NCBI GenBank assembly: GCA_963802945.1
Contig: CAWDKY010000017.1
Coordinates: 288,001-352,000, forward strand
Reading direction: 5' to 3'
DNA from: an uncultured delta proteobacterium
GTDB taxonomy: Bacteria > Desulfobacterota > RBG-13-43-22
Length of the DNA stretch: 64,000 nucleotides
In this document: piece after piece, positions 60,196 to 64,000 of the stretch
How the letters are laid out: each line of letters begins with the position of its first letter
Numbering within the stretch: position 1 is the stretch's first letter
The notes under the pieces: model-generated
Told to the model about the DNA's origin: nothing
The model's database searches: none
Seen by the model: only the letters and a program-made list of their open reading frames with translations
Program-made: the position numbers and the translations under genes

Positions 60196-62610
60196 ATGAA
60201 AAAAGAACACGGAATCGGTGCCTTTTTTTTAATAGGGTTCATCGGATTAGTCATCCTCTATTTCTGGGAGGCCTTGAGCCCATCCAAGCTCATGGTCGAG
60301 CGGGACCTGCCCATCTTTTTTTTCCCTAATCTTAAGCTCTGGGTCGAGGCCGTTAAAGCCGGTGGGCTGCCTTTATGGAACCCTTATTCTTTTTCAGGCC
60401 AGCCCCTATTTGCTTCTTTGCAGACCAGTATCCTTTATCCACCCAATGGTCTGCTTCTGATACTTCCCATTAACTTTGCTTTTAATCTGACCATTGTGCT
60501 GCATTTCTTTCTTTCCGGCTGGTTTGTTTATTTATTGGCCCGGGAATTGGGGGGCAGCCGGACGGCCGGGATCCTGGCCTGCCTTTCCTTTACCCTGGGG
60601 GGCTTTCTCCTTTCCATCCATAATGTCTTGAATACCCTCCAATCCGTTACCTGGACTCCTCTTATCTTTTTTTTCTTTCTCCGCGCTCTTCGTCGAAGGT
60701 CATGGAAATATTCCCTACTCTCCAGCTTAACCATCCTGGTCCAATTTTTAGGCGGAGGAATAGAGGTCTTTCTTATAACCCAGGCCATGATTATTTTTTT
60801 AGCCCTGTGTCCACAGGCCCTTTTACCCAAGCACAGTTATGCCCCTTGGAAATGGCGTTTTCAGATGGTAGGAGCAGTATTTCTTCTGTTCTTGGGATTG
60901 GGGGCCATTCAGATTCTCCCTTTTTGGGAAATGGTCGGACACTCCGATCGCCACCTGGGGTTTTCTTATCAAGAAGCCACCCGGTGGTCCCTGGGGTGGC
61001 GGGATCTCCTCTATCTCTTCCTTCCCGATTTTTTTTGGCGAGGGATGGGGTTTTACGATACGGATCAAAACTATCTTAAAAGCATTTATCTGGGATTGAT
61101 CCCTTTCCTAATGGTTCTTTTCTTTTTTTTAGGACGAGATCGTAGAAAGGGGTGGTTCGGTCTTTTTCTTGTGCTGTCATTGCTCCTGGCCCTGGGAAGG
61201 AATACCCCTTTCTATCGTGTGCTCTATACTATGGTCCCTGGTTTCCATACGATCCGTTATCCGGCTAAATTTCTTTTCTTTGGCAATATTTTTATTTGCC
61301 TGTTGACCGGATTGGGCTGGGATGTCTTGTCTGATCGCCTTAAAGAAGATCCGCAAAAAAAATTTTCAACCCTTAAAAGAGCTTCCCTGCTTCTGGCCTT
61401 TTTATTCGTCTTAATATTGTTGTTCCTTTCTCTCTTCCGAGATCCTCTCCTCTCCTTTTTGGAGCATTCATTTCCAATGAGCTATGCCAGGCCATGGGTG
61501 TTAAATCTTCACAACCTGGAACGTTTTTCTTTTTTTGCCTTGCTGACTTTTATTTTTGTTATCTTTTTGGCTGATCGGAAGATTTCTATTAAATGGAGCC
61601 AGGCCATTTTGATTACCTTACTAACCTTGGATCTTTTCCTGGCCAACTGGGGTTTTTACCGGCTCATTGATCAAAAGGCTTTTTATTCTCTGAGTCCCAA
61701 TCTGAGGGCCGTTCTTTCCGATCCTAAAAAAAATCGGATATTTTCAGATCCAGTGATGGTCAAGGCCATGTTTCCTAAAAGAATGGGGATGGAAGGAGTC
61801 GCCGATTTTATTTTGAAAGAATGTTTTTATTTTGACTTCCCCTTAATCCACAGAATCTATAACAGTGCGGGCTTCGGGGTCATGACCTACCAACCGTATT
61901 ATGATCTCCTGGCCATACTCTATTTCGACAAGGCTTCCAATCCTGGAGCCACGGATATTTTAAGGTTGATGAATGTAAAATTTCTCCTCTGGCATGAGGC
62001 CCTTCAAGATCCGTCTTTGAAGTTGATTCGCAAGGGAGAATCCTATGTACTGCTGGAAGATCTTTCTAAAAAACCCCTTTCCCATCCTCCGAAAATTAAA
62101 ATGATAGTATCCCATCTTTACGAAAATAAGGCCGTGTTGCCCAAGGCCTTTTTAGTCTCCAAGTATTGGGTGGTTAAGAATGGGAAAGAGAGAATGGATT
62201 TATTAAAAAAGAAAGGGTTTGACCCGACCCAAACAGTTCTTTTGGAGGAAGTCCCTGATCCGCCCCCTTCAGCCAAGGGATTGGCCCCCGAGAATGACAG
62301 TGTCCGCTTGGTAAAATTTGGGTTGAATCAAATGGATCTCGATGTTTCCTGTGCCCGGCCGCGCCTGCTTTTTTTGAGTGAAACGTACTATCCCGGCTGG
62401 AAGGTTTGGGTTGACGGGAAGAAAGAAAAAATATATCGTGCCAATCATGCCTTCCGGGCCGTGGCCCTCAGCCCAGGCCGACATAAAATTCATTTTCGAT
62501 ACCAACCTCTTTCGGTTTATTGCGGGTTAGGAATCAGTTTGACTACTCTTTTGGGAATCATGCTCTTTTTTTATCTGAAAAGAAAGAAACTCAAAAAAGA
62601 TAACACCTGA
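60196..62610 (+). CDS. YfhO-family membrane (GT-C) glycosyltransferase
   Basis: D...FFP, PLWNPY.FSGQP, YPP, many TM helices, C-terminal LSETYYPGW...DG...RAN.AFRAV...G.H.I.F.Y.P. Confidence 0.85.
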   Translation: MKKEHGIGAFFLIGFIGLVILYFWEALSPSKLMVERDLPIFFFPNLKLWVEAVKAGGLPLWNPYSFSGQPLFASLQTSILYPPNGLLLILPINFAFNLTIVLHFFLSGWFVYLLARELGGSRTAGILACLSFTLGGFLLSIHNVLNTLQSVTWTPLIFFFFLRALRRRSWKYSLLSSLTILVQFLGGGIEVFLITQAMIIFLALCPQALLPKHSYAPWKWRFQMVGAVFLLFLGLGAIQILPFWEMVGHSDRHLGFSYQEATRWSLGWRDLLYLFLPDFFWRGMGFYDTDQNYLKSIYLGLIPFLMVLFFFLGRDRRKGWFGLFLVLSLLLALGRNTPFYRVLYTMVPGFHTIRYPAKFLFFGNIFICLLTGLGWDVLSDRLKEDPQKKFSTLKRASLLLAFLFVLILLFLSLFRDPLLSFLEHSFPMSYARPWVLNLHNLERFSFFALLTFIFVIFLADRKISIKWSQAILITLLTLDLFLANWGFYRLIDQKAFYSLSPNLRAVLSDPKKNRIFSDPVMVKAMFPKRMGMEGVADFILKECFYFDFPLIHRIYNSAGFGVMTYQPYYDLLAILYFDKASNPGATDILRLMNVKFLLWHEALQDPSLKLIRKGESYVLLEDLSKKPLSHPPKIKMIVSHLYENKAVLPKAFLVSKYWVVKNGKERMDLLKKKGFDPTQTVLLEEVPDPPPSAKGLAPENDSVRLVKFGLNQMDLDVSCARPRLLFLSETYYPGWKVWVDGKKEKIYRANHAFRAVALSPGRHKIHFRYQPLSVYCGLGISLTTLLGIMLFFYLKRKKLKKDNT

Positions 62611-62764
62611 GCTCTGTGGCTCTTTACAATTAATGTTGAATATAATTCTTCAATCCTGGCATTGGCTTCTAACCAAAATTTCCTTTAGGGAAAAGGAACG
62701 ACTGGAATTACTCGCTGATAAAAATGCCAACCCTGGCCGGCAAAACAAAGCGGGCCAATACGCC

Positions 62765-64000
62765 GTGATAACGATATTGGGCTTGGGCCTCGCCGGGGTG
62801 GTGTTGGTCCATTGGAAAATGCCGGTCCTCCCTTATGATGATGGCTTTATCACTTTTCGCTATGTTCTCAACTTACTGGCCGGGAAGAGTTTGGTTTACA
62901 ATGAGGGTCAAAGGGTCTTTGGAAGCACTACACCGCTTTATTTGATTTGTCTGGTCTTATTGAAATGGGTATTGCCGGGATGGACCATTCCTGATCTGGC
63001 GGTTCGATTTAACGCCGTCTATTTTGGTTCGGCAGGCCTCGTCCTTTACTTTTTCCTTCGGAAAATTACCGATAGCCGCCCTCTGGCGCTTTTGGGCAGT
63101 TTAGCTTTTTTACTCAATCCTTTTTTATTATCCATTTCCGGCGGAGGGATGGAATCCTTTCTTTTTGTAACTTTGCTGGTCCTGGTCCTTCTCGGTATGG
63201 CCTATAAGCAACCGATTTGGGCTGGCATCTTCTGCGGTCTATCTGTATTGGCCCGTCCTGAAGGACTGTTGATCCTGCCCATAGTAATTTTGCAGTTTCG
63301 AAATCGTCCCAGGGAACTTAGGCAAACGCTGTTATCTTTTTCCCTTGTCTTGCTGCCTTGGGTCATTTTTTCCTGGCAGTACTATGGGAACCCTGTTCCC
63401 TTATCGCTGATTGCCAAGGCCAAACCCATTTATTTTCTGCCCAAGGGAGCGGCTTTAGCCCGCATCAGTCAAAGCATGATTATTTCGGCAACGGCTTTCA
63501 AATCGATCATCCCGTCTTATTTACAAATCGAAATGATCTGGGGACTTTTAATTGGGGCTTCGTTTATCACTCTTTTCAGTCCCACAATTAAAAAGTACTC
63601 CGGAGGGTATTTCATATTGCTATTTTGGTTTTTCATCATTGCCTATGACCTCGGGAATCCTCTTTTTTTCAATTGGTATTGGCCTCCTATTTTCATGCTT
63701 ACGATGGTTACTCTCATGCTCGGTTTTTATTTTGCCGGTAAAAGATTTGTCCAATCATCCAAACGTTATACCGGGCTGGTTGGTTGGCTCATCTGGACAG
63801 CCGGGCTGGGGTGGTTGCTTTATACCACTTTACTGCCGTATCTACTGGTGAAACCAAGGGGCCTCTCTAGTGCCATCCAAGTTCCCAGTCTGTTCATTAA
63901 GGCGGATCCTTCTCGCTGGCGGATATTGGCCTATGAGCAGGCGGCCCAGATTTTAAATCGAGAAGCCCTTCCGACGGATACAGTAGCCGCCCCCGAAGTG
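62765..64000 (+). CDS. Membrane GT-C-type glycosyltransferase (3' end outside window; absent from ORF track)
   Basis: Frame from GTG 62765 gives DDGFITFRY..NL..G..VYN.G.RV.G.TTPLY, GME, RPEG, YYG..P....AK; start uncertain. Confidence 0.75.
   Translation, partial: MITILGLGLAGVVLVHWKMPVLPYDDGFITFRYVLNLLAGKSLVYNEGQRVFGSTTPLYLICLVLLKWVLPGWTIPDLAVRFNAVYFGSAGLVLYFFLRKITDSRPLALLGSLAFLLNPFLLSISGGGMESFLFVTLLVLVLLGMAYKQPIWAGIFCGLSVLARPEGLLILPIVILQFRNRPRELRQTLLSFSLVLLPWVIFSWQYYGNPVPLSLIAKAKPIYFLPKGAALARISQSMIISATAFKSIIPSYLQIEMIWGLLIGASFITLFSPTIKKYSGGYFILLFWFFIIAYDLGNPLFFNWYWPPIFMLTMVTLMLGFYFAGKRFVQSSKRYTGLVGWLIWTAGLGWLLYTTLLPYLLVKPRGLSSAIQVPSLFIKADPSRWRILAYEQAAQILNREALPTDTVAAPEV

Overview
64 kb of chromosomal DNA from an anaerobic Gram-negative bacterium, most consistent with Desulfobacterota/Deltaproteobacteria (pyrG-kdsA-kdsC-lptCAB-rpoN-hpf-ptsN-rapZ block, ORP cluster, many Hdr-like CCG proteins). 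Housekeeping blocks lie at 1-24 kb (mfd, two Hsp20, core methionine synthase, efp, ftsB, mrp, larE, pyrG...rimI, ECF sigma/anti-sigma, coaE) and 52-64 kb (pcrA/uvrD, folC, pilB/pilC/pilin, two membrane glycosyltransferases). Between them is a ~27 kb redox/metal accessory region: Hdr/GlcDF-like Fe-S oxidoreductases, a sigma54-regulated Orange Protein cluster, a sulfur-handling segment and an ars operon. The strongest signal is two genes the ORF track splits or truncates at in-frame TGA codons, each followed by a SECIS-like hairpin. One is an 11-CxxCH secreted multiheme cytochrome c with predicted selenocysteine (47677-46403), translationally coupled to a secreted rhodanese and next to a CoA-persulfide reductase, on a 5.5 kb segment bracketed by 54-bp direct repeats. 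The other is a C-GCAxxG-C-C selenoprotein (29809-30291). Also seen: a ~210-nt orphan rod-like structured RNA candidate, decayed DUF134 and peroxiredoxin genes, a nested MITE-like element and dispersed inverted heptamer/octamer arrays. Several normally essential genes carry single-base frameshifts that are most likely assembly errors. No rRNA, tRNA, CRISPR array or transposase was recognised. All calls are from reading the sequence; no searches were run.
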